A stretch of DNA of 64,000 nucleotides from Candidatus Heimdallarchaeota archaeon. GTDB lineage: Archaea; Asgardarchaeota; Heimdallarchaeia; Heimdallarchaeales; Heimdallarchaeaceae. Shown piece by piece: positions 40,180-50,261 of the stretch. The stretch covers positions 15,933 to 79,932 of the forward strand of contig JABCTC010000014.1 of assembly GCA_018238545.1 (NCBI GenBank). Reading direction: 5' to 3'. The first letter of the stretch is position 1; each line of letters starts with the position of its first letter. Made by a program: the position numbers and the translations under genes. The notes under the pieces are model-generated. The model did no database searches, had not been told where the DNA came from, and was given only the letters and a program-made list of their open reading frames with translations.

Positions 40180-41061
40180 TTGAATACTATGGATTCCCTA
40201 TCTAATCCTTTCGACATGTTCAATACTTTTCTGTTTGATGGTGACGGAGTTATCTATAAGGAAAATGAGCCTCTTCTTGGAGGAATAGAATTTATCAAGT
40301 TGTTACAAAAAAGAGAAAAAAAGGTTTTTTTACTCACAAATAATAGCACAAAAACTAGAGATGAATTTAAAGCTAAATTTTCTGCTTTAGGTTTAGATTT
40401 ACCTATTGAGAATATTCTTTCATCAGCATACTTAACAGCTCACTATATATCTAAAGAAAAACCCTCTGCTAGTGTATATATTATTGGTGAGGAGGGTCTT
40501 AAGAAAGAATTTACCAATTTTGGAGTGGATATTGTAAACAGAAATGAAGAAACTAATGAGGAAGACATCTTTGCTATGGATATGAATAACATAGATTATG
40601 TTGTGACAGGGATGGATAGAGAATTAAATTATGTTAAAATCTCTCGAGCAGTTAATATACTAATGTCATATGAAGAAACAAAATTCATTGCAACAAATGC
40701 TGATTTTACTTTTCCAACGGTTCAAGGTCTTATACCAGGAGGTGGGGCAATGATAAAAATTCTTGAGGAACTATCAGGAAGGAAAGTAGAAACAATAATA
40801 GGTAAACCTAATTCGGAAATGTTTGAAATTGCAATAGAACTCTCACAAACCAATAAGGAGCAAACAATTATGTTTGGAGATAGATTAGAAACTGATATTT
40901 TAGGTGCAAAGCTAGCAGGAATAAAAACTTGTCTAGTTCTTTCTGGTGTAACCTCCATGAAGGATTTGGCTGATCTCACGGATGAAAATAGTCCTGATTT
41001 GATAATGAATAATCTACAAGATGCATACGATTCTTTTCTAAATACTAACCTAGAAAAATAG
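40180..41061 (+). CDS. HAD-IIA (NagD-like) phosphatase
   Basis: FDGDGVI, LTNNS, IATNAD, GKP, GDRLETDI, VLSGV. Confidence 0.93.
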   Translation: MNTMDSLSNPFDMFNTFLFDGDGVIYKENEPLLGGIEFIKLLQKREKKVFLLTNNSTKTRDEFKAKFSALGLDLPIENILSSAYLTAHYISKEKPSASVYIIGEEGLKKEFTNFGVDIVNRNEETNEEDIFAMDMNNIDYVVTGMDRELNYVKISRAVNILMSYEETKFIATNADFTFPTVQGLIPGGGAMIKILEELSGRKVETIIGKPNSEMFEIAIELSQTNKEQTIMFGDRLETDILGAKLAGIKTCLVLSGVTSMKDLADLTDENSPDLIMNNLQDAYDSFLNTNLEK

Positions 41062-41131
41062 AAAAACAACAACAAATACTATTCGCAGTTAATCCCCCTA
41101 CATTTTTAAATATTTAATACTACATTCTTAC

Positions 41132-43939
41132 GTGAGATATCTAACGAAAATTAAATACCACATTGGTTGCTTTGTACTGATTTGTTGTTGCATTTTCTCC
41201 TACAGTTCAATTATGAACGTGCAATCATCTAATCTAGTTAATGTAAAAGAAACTAAACTATCTATAAATGATATATTTAGAGAAACAAAATTTCTTGAAC
41301 AATTCACAAAAGCAAACTGTGATACTGAATTCAGGGTGGTTGTAAAAATATCTCCAACTACAACTGAGTTATATTTGGAGAAATTTGGGCACAGTATATC
41401 TTATTTTCATTCTTTTCAAGGTCTAGCTATCTCGATTTCCAAAGAAAATTTACTTCATCTGATACATAAACAGAAGATTAACGAAATTTGGAATAATTCT
41501 CTAATTTATGGTGCAAATTCAGTCAATGAACTCTTGATTAATGACACAAGATCCCTCTGTGATTTCAATGAAAAAATAGGTTCAGATTTTTTGTGGAATT
41601 TAACTCTATATGGAGACGATGTAAAAATAGCCATCTTGGATACAGGATTGAACGCAAGTAATCCAGCTTTGAATCAAACAATGACTCATCAAAGTAGGAT
41701 AATTGGTAAATGGAATTTTCTTCAAAGAAATGAAGATGTTTTCGATGATAATGGACATGGAACAGAAGTAGCTGGTATTATAGGAAGTAATGGATTATTC
41801 GGTTATATGTCTGGAGTTGCTCCTAATTGTAAATTCTTGATAGGGAAAATCTTAGACTATAATTCAGTTGGAACAGTAGAAACACTTATTCAGGGAATTG
41901 ATTGGGCTATAGAGAACGATGCCGACGTAATTAATCTGTCGTTAGGAAAAGTAGTTTCAAATTTAACCTCTCCAGAAGTAGAAGCAGTAAATTTTGCAGT
42001 AAAAAGCGGCGTATTAGTATGTGTCTCAGCAGGCAATGCTCGCGGAATAGAAGAGTTTGGTTACAATGATCTTCACACAATACTAAGCCCTGGAATTGCC
42101 TCTAAAGCAATTACAGTAGGAGCTATTGATAATAATAATGTCCTTTATGAATACAGTAGTGCTGGACCAGTAGCTATAAATTTTGACAGCGAAACTTCTG
42201 ACTATCTATATGACTCAATTCCTAAAACTACAACTTGGCTAAAACCAGATGTTGTAGCGCCCGGTGTTCTTCTTAATACTACATCTGCAAATGGAAAAAA
42301 TTTGAATGTAGTTTCAGGAACTAGTTATGCAACTGCTGTTGTTTCTGGGTTATGTCTCCTTCTAATACAACAATACTATGACACAGATCCTTCCTTAGTG
42401 AAAGCTTCATTAATTAAAACTTGTAATCCAATATCGCTGAATGTTGTTTCCCCATTTTTACAGAATATTAACATACCAATTGCTCCATATTTTCAAGGTT
42501 CTGGTTTAGTAGATTCTTCTGGGGCTTTTTCATATATTAATACTCATGGAGATTTTGCATTAACGAGTTCATTAATCCCTTACTTGGACAATTATTATTT
42601 CAAAAATACAGAAACAAGTTTCAATATCCAGTTATACGTACATCAAGCACTTGACAACATCGAACTAACAATTTCTGAAAACTTAGCAAATGTTTTGTAT
42701 GTTTCTCCTCTTCCCTCTTCATTAGCTGTGGGTCAATATGATCTCATGATAAATATTGATACTGAACAAGCTCTAACTGGTTTCCATCAAGGATTTTTAA
42801 TGTTTGAAAGTGCTGATTCAATTCAAAAAATTAATGTTGCATTTAATGTGAAAAAGGCTTATGGGAGAATTTTACTAGATTACCAAGATGAAGGAAGCGA
42901 TATCAGATATTCTTTAAATGGTAATCTATACAACATTATTTCTATTTCAAAGAAATATGGTCTAATACCCATAATTAATTCACAAGATATACATTACTCC
43001 ACATTTAACTCTATGAATCTCAATGAATTTGAAGTGATTGCATTAATCAATTCGAAGAATACCTTGCTTAACCCAATTTCAAACGCAGATGTAGCTGCTC
43101 TTTCTGATTACGTTCTTCCAGAAGGAGCATATTCAGGAGGAGCTTTAATTGTTTTACCATCAAGAAATAGTGATTTTAATATAATAAACGAGATACTTTC
43201 TGAAGTTAATGTATCCTATTACCAAGATTTTTCTGTAAATGTTAGTTTAGATGTATCTTCATCGTTTAATATCTTACTTTCAGACCCATTTTTCTTAAAT
43301 AATCTTTTTCTTCCATATCCTGTTTCATTAAATGTAACTAATACAAATTACAATCCTTACAGTGACAAATTGGTTTATGGTAACCAACATTATTCAAATG
43401 GTTCTCTCTTCGTAGGGGGAAACACTTTAGACATGTTTCTGGATTCTCCTTATCTCTATTCATCCTATGAATCTGAATACTCAGAAATTTTCGTGAGCGC
43501 ATATTATGGTGATAATTATCAACTTCTTGAAAATATGATAAGTTCAACTGTGGTTAGAAGTTTGATGTTCAACTATTCTCTTAAATCCTCAGAGGTTTCT
43601 ATAAAAGACAATATAATGATGACCATTAACTCTGCAAATACATTAAAAATTATGCCAAATTGGGAGTTTTATATGACGCTTTCAAATGAATATGGCACGC
43701 ACGTTAAAGAAAACACGTTTGAGTCATTCGCTAATGGTACAACTATTTTCAATATGAAAATCGAAGATATGGATATCTCAGCAGGCTCGTACATTCTGAA
43801 AATTCATTCATTGTCTGGAACAGAATCTTGGGATATCAAAATTGTTGCATCTGTTTCATTAGGACCTATAATAATTAGTGTATCGCTAGTTCTATGCAGT
43901 GTTTTCTTAATTATGTTTAGGAAGAAAACTAAGAAGTAA
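41132..43939 (+). CDS. Membrane-anchored S8 subtilisin-like protease
   Basis: Catalytic triad ILDTG, HGTEVAG, SGTSYA; oxyanion SAGN; KPDVVAPG; N-terminal signal and C-terminal TM-RKK. Confidence 0.9.
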   Translation: MRYLTKIKYHIGCFVLICCCIFSYSSIMNVQSSNLVNVKETKLSINDIFRETKFLEQFTKANCDTEFRVVVKISPTTTELYLEKFGHSISYFHSFQGLAISISKENLLHLIHKQKINEIWNNSLIYGANSVNELLINDTRSLCDFNEKIGSDFLWNLTLYGDDVKIAILDTGLNASNPALNQTMTHQSRIIGKWNFLQRNEDVFDDNGHGTEVAGIIGSNGLFGYMSGVAPNCKFLIGKILDYNSVGTVETLIQGIDWAIENDADVINLSLGKVVSNLTSPEVEAVNFAVKSGVLVCVSAGNARGIEEFGYNDLHTILSPGIASKAITVGAIDNNNVLYEYSSAGPVAINFDSETSDYLYDSIPKTTTWLKPDVVAPGVLLNTTSANGKNLNVVSGTSYATAVVSGLCLLLIQQYYDTDPSLVKASLIKTCNPISLNVVSPFLQNINIPIAPYFQGSGLVDSSGAFSYINTHGDFALTSSLIPYLDNYYFKNTETSFNIQLYVHQALDNIELTISENLANVLYVSPLPSSLAVGQYDLMINIDTEQALTGFHQGFLMFESADSIQKINVAFNVKKAYGRILLDYQDEGSDIRYSLNGNLYNIISISKKYGLIPIINSQDIHYSTFNSMNLNEFEVIALINSKNTLLNPISNADVAALSDYVLPEGAYSGGALIVLPSRNSDFNIINEILSEVNVSYYQDFSVNVSLDVSSSFNILLSDPFFLNNLFLPYPVSLNVTNTNYNPYSDKLVYGNQHYSNGSLFVGGNTLDMFLDSPYLYSSYESEYSEIFVSAYYGDNYQLLENMISSTVVRSLMFNYSLKSSEVSIKDNIMMTINSANTLKIMPNWEFYMTLSNEYGTHVKENTFESFANGTTIFNMKIEDMDISAGSYILKIHSLSGTESWDIKIVASVSLGPIIISVSLVLCSVFLIMFRKKTKK

Positions 43940-44312
43940 GTACCTGATAAACTTTCTTTGCATGTTTTCCAAGAACATTCATTGCTAAAGCAAGGCTATA
44001 ATTCTCTTTTGAAGCTGCTAATACAATAAATCTATCCAAATTTTGGAGAATAACAAATCCTTCAGATCCTTTTATTATTACCTGATCAAGGCTTCCACAT
44101 TTAATCTGCCCTACTGTTTGTTGTCCTGCCGAATTCAAAGCGGAAGCTAAAGCAGACATGATTACTTGGTCTGTTCCTTTTTCAGCAAAAAAGGCTAGTT
44201 CTTGACCCTCTGAGCTAACTACTGCAATTGCTTCCAAACTACAATCTTTTGAAATTTCTCTTAAAATTTCCAGTAAATTATTCTTTTTTTCAGGCGCTAA
44301 ATCTCCAATCAT
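43929..44312 (-). CDS. Roadblock/LC7 (MglB-like) protein
   Basis: AIAVVSSEG...MSALASAL...LDQVIIKGSEGFVIL. Confidence 0.9.
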   Translation of the reverse strand: MIGDLAPEKKNNLLEILREISKDCSLEAIAVVSSEGQELAFFAEKGTDQVIMSALASALNSAGQQTVGQIKCGSLDQVIIKGSEGFVILQNLDRFIVLAASKENYSLALAMNVLGKHAKKVYQVLTS

Positions 44313-44355
44313 AAAAACAATAAAACATCTAAAAATTAAAAAGTTTCTTCTAGTT

Positions 44356-44991
44356 CTAGATTAAACGATGTCTGTGTGTTTTGCACACAGGTGTATATAC
44401 TTCTTCACTTGAGCCTTTATTTTTATAGATCCATCTATTGTAGACATACGCAGGTTTACCACAGATATAACACGAGCGCTCATCTCTGAGAGGAAATTTC
44501 TTTCTAGACGTCCTATTCCAATGATCTTTGAAATCTTCAAAGCTATCAGTATACTTCTTATGAAATCTTTTAGCTTCCTCATCTTCACTCGGTTTCTTGC
44601 CTAATATGAACAAGATATAGCTCCAGACTGCTATTGTAAGTATATTTCCAAAAGATTTGATAGGTATGTAATGATAACCACTTAATTTAATTGTACTAGA
44701 ACTGTGTCCTGTTGCATAATCTATCATTAGGTCTTTTCTGTGAGATTTTTGACCTACATCAATGCCATATTTTTTGGATATAGCGACGAGTCGTTTACTG
44801 AGTTCATCAAATAACCAATCCACAGTTTTTTGGCTACCTTTTCTTCTTACATTTAGAAATTTTATTTCAATAATAGGAAAAGAGATCGTAATAAAGGTTT
44901 CATTTACAGAACTATTAGCCTTTCTAACCAGATACTCATAGATTTCAGATGGGAAGGTTATTTTCTTTCTTTCAGTTGACAACTTATTCAC
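44356..44991 (-). CDS. Hypothetical protein with C-terminal Zn finger
   Basis: CYICGKPA...VCKTH. Confidence 0.7.
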   Translation of the reverse strand: MNKLSTERKKITFPSEIYEYLVRKANSSVNETFITISFPIIEIKFLNVRRKGSQKTVDWLFDELSKRLVAISKKYGIDVGQKSHRKDLMIDYATGHSSSTIKLSGYHYIPIKSFGNILTIAVWSYILFILGKKPSEDEEAKRFHKKYTDSFEDFKDHWNRTSRKKFPLRDERSCYICGKPAYVYNRWIYKNKGSSEEVYTPVCKTHRHRLI

Positions 44992-45051
44992 TTATGGGTA
45001 GTGATATACTAAAGAAATAGATGTTTCCCCCCCTAAAAATGTAACGCTAAA

Positions 45052-45381
45052 TTAATTCTTTTTAATAGTTTCTTCAATTAATTTACTTAGTTTTCCTCGA
45101 TTTGAACCTATTAGAGAACTGTATGGTTTACCTTCTTTGAAGATTATGAAAGTAGGTAGACTTTGCACCATATATCTTTGTGCAAATGTATATTCTTCGT
45201 CCATATTCATTCTTACGAATCTCATATTTTGACTATGCTTTTCAGCTAATTGCTCAAAAAGAGGCTCTATACTCTTACATGGTCCACACCATGGAGCCCA
45301 AGTGTCAACAATTATAAGCTTAGATTCGTTTTTCAATATTTCATTGAATTCATCAGTAGTTATATTAGAAACGTTACCCAT
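45052..45381 (-). CDS. trxA: Thioredoxin
   Basis: WAPWCGPCK, SLPTF. Confidence 0.95.
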   Translation of the reverse strand: MGNVSNITTDEFNEILKNESKLIIVDTWAPWCGPCKSIEPLFEQLAEKHSQNMRFVRMNMDEEYTFAQRYMVQSLPTFIIFKEGKPYSSLIGSNRGKLSKLIEETIKKN

Positions 45382-45596
45382 ACTTTTCCCCTTTACTCAG
45401 TAGATAGTTTTGTTCGAAATTTCTTACACTTATATTTATCTGTTACTTTTGTATTAGGAATTTTATCAAATTATAAATTTATGTAAAACATTGGTGGAAA
45501 ATTACTTCTATGAATATACCTCGTAGAAGCAAACTTTTTATTGTTAATAACGCTTTTTAGCAAGAAAAGAGTTATATTCAAGGAGTAATTTAAAAT

Positions 45597-47621
45597 ATGA
45601 TTTCACGTCCTTACGATGAAATAAAACAATTGATAGAAAGTTATCTCGAGAAGGAATTTTCAATGAAATCTGATTTGATTTGGTCAAAGCCACCTTCAAT
45701 TGAATTAGGTGATATTAGTTTTCCTCTTTTCAATATTGCAAAAGAGCTAAAGATTAAACCTATAGAACTGGGTGAGAAAATAATCTCGGAAATCAGTTTT
45801 CCAAAAATTATCGAGAAAGTAAATCTACAAGGAGGCTTTCTTAATCTGGCATTCAACAGAAGTATTTTCGTTACTCAAGTACTTCAAACAATTTTGGAAC
45901 AAACTAAATATGGTCAAAATTCCAGTCTGAACTCTGAAAGGATAATTGTTGAGCATACTTCTAGCAATCCAACCGGCCCCCTTCATATTGGTAATTTTAG
46001 GGGTTCAGTTCTAGGGGATGTTCTTGGAAGACTTTTTTCATTTCTAGGAGCTGCAGTTAATGTACGATACTATGTAAATGATTTAGGAAGACAAATTGCC
46101 CCCTTAGTAATAGGCTATTTTCTTTTGAAAGAAACAAAATTTGAAATTGAAGAAAAAGGTGACCTATGGCTTGGTAAAGTATATGCTAGCATGTACACAT
46201 TTCTAGAGATACAACAACTCAAAAAGAAGTTAATCGTGCTAGGCTGGAAACTTCAAAGCAGTGCATCTCTCTATAGTTTAGATGATTCTGATCTCAAGAC
46301 CATACCTGATTTCTTGAATATTTTACCTGTAGAAAATAAAGAAAAAGACAATACCCACAAATGGTTTTCAAAATTAGCAAGAATCCAGAGCTCACTTATT
46401 GAAAGAATCCCAGATGTATATGAAAAACTCAATAAATTGACATCTTCAAGAATAGAGAATTTAGAATCTATGACAAATCAGTATGTTAAGAACTATCAGG
46501 AAGGTAAGGATAAATCAATAGTTGAAAAGTTTAGAGAAGTTACAAAAATGGCTTTAGATGGACATGTGGAGACCTTAAACCTATTTGAAATATATCATGA
46601 TGATTTTGATTGGGAATCAGATGTAGCTTGGTCAGGTGAAGTTCAAACTATGTTAACTGAATTAGAAGACAAGAAATACCTAAGACATGATGGAAAAGCT
46701 CGACTTCTAAGAAATGATACAATTGCTGAAGAATTAGGATACAAAACAAAATATTCAATAAATTATGAAATTCCTGATACTATAATAATAAACTCAGAAG
46801 GCATCACTCTTTATCCATGTCGAGATATTGTTTATCATCTTCATAAACTTGAGAAATTCAATGCTTCATTATGCTATAATGTAATCGCTAAAATGCAACA
46901 ATTGCCTCAATTATCTGTCAGATTAGCTCTTTATGGTTTAAACCGAATAGATACTGCAGACAAAGTTCATCATTTTGATTATGAATATGTATCTCTAATT
47001 GGTAGAAAGATGGCGGGAAGAGAATTTGATTATGTGACACCAGATGAGTTATTCGTTTTAGCTCAGAAGGAAATTAAAATAATTATTGAAGAGAGAGATT
47101 ATTCAGAAGAAGAGCAACAAAAAATTATAAAAAAAGTTGCTGCAAGTAGTATCAAATATCACATCCTAAAAATGGATCCACAAAAGTCTGTAGCTTTTGA
47201 TGTAAAGAAAGCTGTTGATCCAAATGAAAATTCAGGATCTTTTCTACAATATTCCTATGCAAGAGCATTAAGTATTCTTAATAGATCTTCGAAACATGGG
47301 ATAAATATTCAAAAAATCCTAGAATCTACTGAAAAAGAGAAGCTGATAATAGAAAAACAAGCAGAATGGGAACTGGTTAAACTAATGGAAGAACTCCCAT
47401 CAATCTTGGTTAAAGCAGCGAAGTTCTTAAGACCAGATTCTGTAGCCAACTTTTCATATTCACTTGCCTCAGCGTTTCACAAATTCTACGATGCATGTCC
47501 AGTATTAAAAGCAGAGAATCCCAAATTAGTTAAGTCTAGAGTAATGATTGTACTTTCAATAACTAAGTGTTTAGAAAGCTTGTTCGAAGTAATGGGTATT
47601 GAAACATTAGAGAAAATGTGA
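45597..47621 (+). CDS. argS: Arginyl-tRNA synthetase
   Basis: VEHTSSNPTGPLHIGNFR, YYVNDLGRQ, KMAGR, FLQYSYAR, FHKFY, EKM C-terminus. Confidence 0.96.
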   Translation: MISRPYDEIKQLIESYLEKEFSMKSDLIWSKPPSIELGDISFPLFNIAKELKIKPIELGEKIISEISFPKIIEKVNLQGGFLNLAFNRSIFVTQVLQTILEQTKYGQNSSLNSERIIVEHTSSNPTGPLHIGNFRGSVLGDVLGRLFSFLGAAVNVRYYVNDLGRQIAPLVIGYFLLKETKFEIEEKGDLWLGKVYASMYTFLEIQQLKKKLIVLGWKLQSSASLYSLDDSDLKTIPDFLNILPVENKEKDNTHKWFSKLARIQSSLIERIPDVYEKLNKLTSSRIENLESMTNQYVKNYQEGKDKSIVEKFREVTKMALDGHVETLNLFEIYHDDFDWESDVAWSGEVQTMLTELEDKKYLRHDGKARLLRNDTIAEELGYKTKYSINYEIPDTIIINSEGITLYPCRDIVYHLHKLEKFNASLCYNVIAKMQQLPQLSVRLALYGLNRIDTADKVHHFDYEYVSLIGRKMAGREFDYVTPDELFVLAQKEIKIIIEERDYSEEEQQKIIKKVAASSIKYHILKMDPQKSVAFDVKKAVDPNENSGSFLQYSYARALSILNRSSKHGINIQKILESTEKEKLIIEKQAEWELVKLMEELPSILVKAAKFLRPDSVANFSYSLASAFHKFYDACPVLKAENPKLVKSRVMIVLSITKCLESLFEVMGIETLEKM

Positions 47622-47631
47622 GCGATAATAT

Positions 47632-48624
47632 ATGTCAAATAATGATAGAATATTTGGTGGGTTTGATTTAACTTTTGTAGATATCAACATTCGCCCATTA
47701 GATGTTAATAATAACTTAATTGAAAAATTTCCTGCTCTAGGTTCTCATCATGCTAAAACTGATATAGAGTTCACACCTGGTGGCAATGGATTCAATTTCT
47801 GTCGTACATTAGCTAATTTAGGTAGAAAGGTTACATTTGTAGGTGCTTCATCAGATTTCTTTGAAAATCTTGTTTCGATGAGGAAAATACCTCTGGAAAT
47901 AGAAGTTATTGATTGTGCTAAAGTAAATTACACTTCAATCCTCAATCTAAATGATGGGGAAATACAGTTCAATTCAGTGAAAAACAATCTATCACCTAAT
48001 CACTTGACTGAAAAATTAGTGTCCATCTATCGTGGAAGTAAACTGAAGCATATCAGCAACATTGCACTGAACAGCACTTCTATTGAATGGGTTAGTTCTC
48101 TGCTTCTTTGTTTAGTCAATCCTGAACATCCCTATGTTTTTGATTCGAAAGTAGACGTTGTTTCAAAGATTAACCTTCTGCAAGATACTAGTTTCGAAGG
48201 AGTAATGTTCATTGATCCTTCAGATATTAGCCATTTCGAAAGGCTTACAGATTTTGTTAAAATATTAAAGTCAACCGCAAAATTAAGTGGAGAAAAATAT
48301 CTTTCTATTAATGAACATGAGATGTTAACACTGCAAAATTATCTGAAGAAATCACCTCAAGAGATAGCAGATTTTCTAAACATGCCTCTAATTTTCCATA
48401 CTTCTGATTTTGTAAAATTTTTTGGAAAGGAAAATTATGAACTAAAAACAAAAAACATTGCACATAAGAAAACTTTTGTTGGTGCTGGCGATTGTTTCAA
48501 TGGATCTTTCTTACACCAGATATTAAAATCTAGTTCTTTAGAGGATTCATTGGAATTTGCTATAGAAGGTGCATCCTATCTAATTGAAACAGGTCAGTAC
48601 CCCACACAATCCTCAATCCACTAA
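47632..48624 (+). CDS. PfkB-family carbohydrate kinase
   Basis: PGGNGFN, SINEHE, VGAGDCFNG. Confidence 0.85.
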   Translation: MSNNDRIFGGFDLTFVDINIRPLDVNNNLIEKFPALGSHHAKTDIEFTPGGNGFNFCRTLANLGRKVTFVGASSDFFENLVSMRKIPLEIEVIDCAKVNYTSILNLNDGEIQFNSVKNNLSPNHLTEKLVSIYRGSKLKHISNIALNSTSIEWVSSLLLCLVNPEHPYVFDSKVDVVSKINLLQDTSFEGVMFIDPSDISHFERLTDFVKILKSTAKLSGEKYLSINEHEMLTLQNYLKKSPQEIADFLNMPLIFHTSDFVKFFGKENYELKTKNIAHKKTFVGAGDCFNGSFLHQILKSSSLEDSLEFAIEGASYLIETGQYPTQSSIH

Positions 48625-48697
48625 CTGAAAGTTATAACAGAGACTAATGAGTACAATAGTTAAACTAATAAAATTAAATTGGAAGTTTGTATAAGAC

Positions 48698-49729
48698 ATG
48701 TCACTAGAAGTTGAAGGTTCTGAAGCTTATAAGAAGATAAACACGAGAATTACATTATTAGAACTTTTAAAACAGTATTATGGTGCTGGAGGTAATCTCT
48801 ATGATTTTGATTCAGGAGAAATTCCTGTTCGTCAGCTAATTGCATTTATGTCTGATGAGGGATATCCTAGACGACTGGTTGAAGCTGAACATATTCTAAA
48901 CAGAATTGATACCGAAATTATAGAACTAGAATCTAAGAAAAAAAGTATGAGATTACAAGAGATGGAAGATCGTCATTTAAACTCCTTGTTAATTATAACC
49001 TCTTGGACCAAGCTGATTAATACACCAACAAAAGGCATCTATTTGAACCGCCCCGTTGTTGATTTGAGAAGAGATACAATCGTCATGCTTACTGATGAAA
49101 CTCAAACATTTAAAGAAATTAACGATGAAAGAATATCTGTAATTTTTGGTCCAGGGATCTATTATACAGAATTTTCAGTTGACAAAGGGAACTATTTAGA
49201 GGATTATTTTGAAATAAATGGCGTTTGTCTCCCACTTGATCTTCTGGGCAAGATATATACAGCAGAAAAAATTTATCGATCAGACAAAATAGACGCTACA
49301 ATTACAGAAGTGTCAACAATACTGCCATTCCACATCCTTGAACAAGCTGAAACAGTTCAAACATATGTTAAGGGTATTATCAGCCGAAATGTTTTTCACC
49401 CAAATAGGAATGCTTTGGAAAAATTCAATCAGCATATATCTGACCCTACTTCTTATCAGCAGGAAGATGGTTTCAAAATTATGAGTGCCCATCCGCTTTG
49501 GTATAATAAACTGTTAGTTGAATCTGATCAAGTTTATAGAACTGGTAGTGGAAAACGTGCATATAGCACAGCAGGAATTGGTTCATTATCAAGCATGGTG
49601 CATAAAATAAAACCTATTCTGTTCTCAACACCGAATAAAGAAAAAGAACAGTTGGAGAGAATCACTGAAATTGTTAAACAATATAAAGAGATGGGCGTGA
49701 AACTTCTGAGTACATGGTTACCTACTTAA
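48698..49729 (+). CDS. Hypothetical protein
   Basis: 343-aa ORF; no motif recognised. Confidence 0.75.
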   Translation: MSLEVEGSEAYKKINTRITLLELLKQYYGAGGNLYDFDSGEIPVRQLIAFMSDEGYPRRLVEAEHILNRIDTEIIELESKKKSMRLQEMEDRHLNSLLIITSWTKLINTPTKGIYLNRPVVDLRRDTIVMLTDETQTFKEINDERISVIFGPGIYYTEFSVDKGNYLEDYFEINGVCLPLDLLGKIYTAEKIYRSDKIDATITEVSTILPFHILEQAETVQTYVKGIISRNVFHPNRNALEKFNQHISDPTSYQQEDGFKIMSAHPLWYNKLLVESDQVYRTGSGKRAYSTAGIGSLSSMVHKIKPILFSTPNKEKEQLERITEIVKQYKEMGVKLLSTWLPT

Positions 49730-49734
49730 CTGTG

Positions 49735-50253
49735 TTAAAAAATCTCCACTACAGCTATTTTTTCCAGAACCTCTTTTTCTAACAAAATAGAATCTTTCTC
49801 ACAACTATAATATTCAAGTAACTTCTGAGTATCTGTTATGGGCAATTCTGTATTTTTTACTTGTTCTAAATCTGTTTTGGAGAAAAATTGCTCTAAGATC
49901 GATTCATTTTCCTTGTAACTACCACCATACGCAATAAAAAGTAAGGTACTGGTTTGATCATTTATTCCAAATGCTGTTACCGCCTTCTTTATTTGTCTTA
50001 AACCTGAAAGGCGGATAAATAATTCTGTTTCGCTTCTTTTCGCGATATTTCTACCGTTTTTGAAAGCTTTTAGTGTATGATATACAGCTGCTTGAAGATG
50101 TTTTTTGCTTACAATCCATGTTGGATCAATGACTTGGATAGATATGGCATCATTTTGATTTTCCTTGATAAGTTCAAAAAGGCTATCTGCCGATAATCTT
50201 GGTGATTTTCTGCAAATTTTGTAACTGTATGTTACGTCACTGGGATTATCCAT
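49735..50253 (-). CDS. cgi121: KEOPS complex subunit Cgi121
   Basis: IVSKKHLQAA...AF..G.NIA...ETELFIRLSG.RQI..A...FGI. Confidence 0.88.
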   Translation of the reverse strand: MDNPSDVTYSYKICRKSPRLSADSLFELIKENQNDAISIQVIDPTWIVSKKHLQAAVYHTLKAFKNGRNIAKRSETELFIRLSGLRQIKKAVTAFGINDQTSTLLFIAYGGSYKENESILEQFFSKTDLEQVKNTELPITDTQKLLEYYSCEKDSILLEKEVLEKIAVVEIF

Positions 50254-50261
50254 CTTACCTT

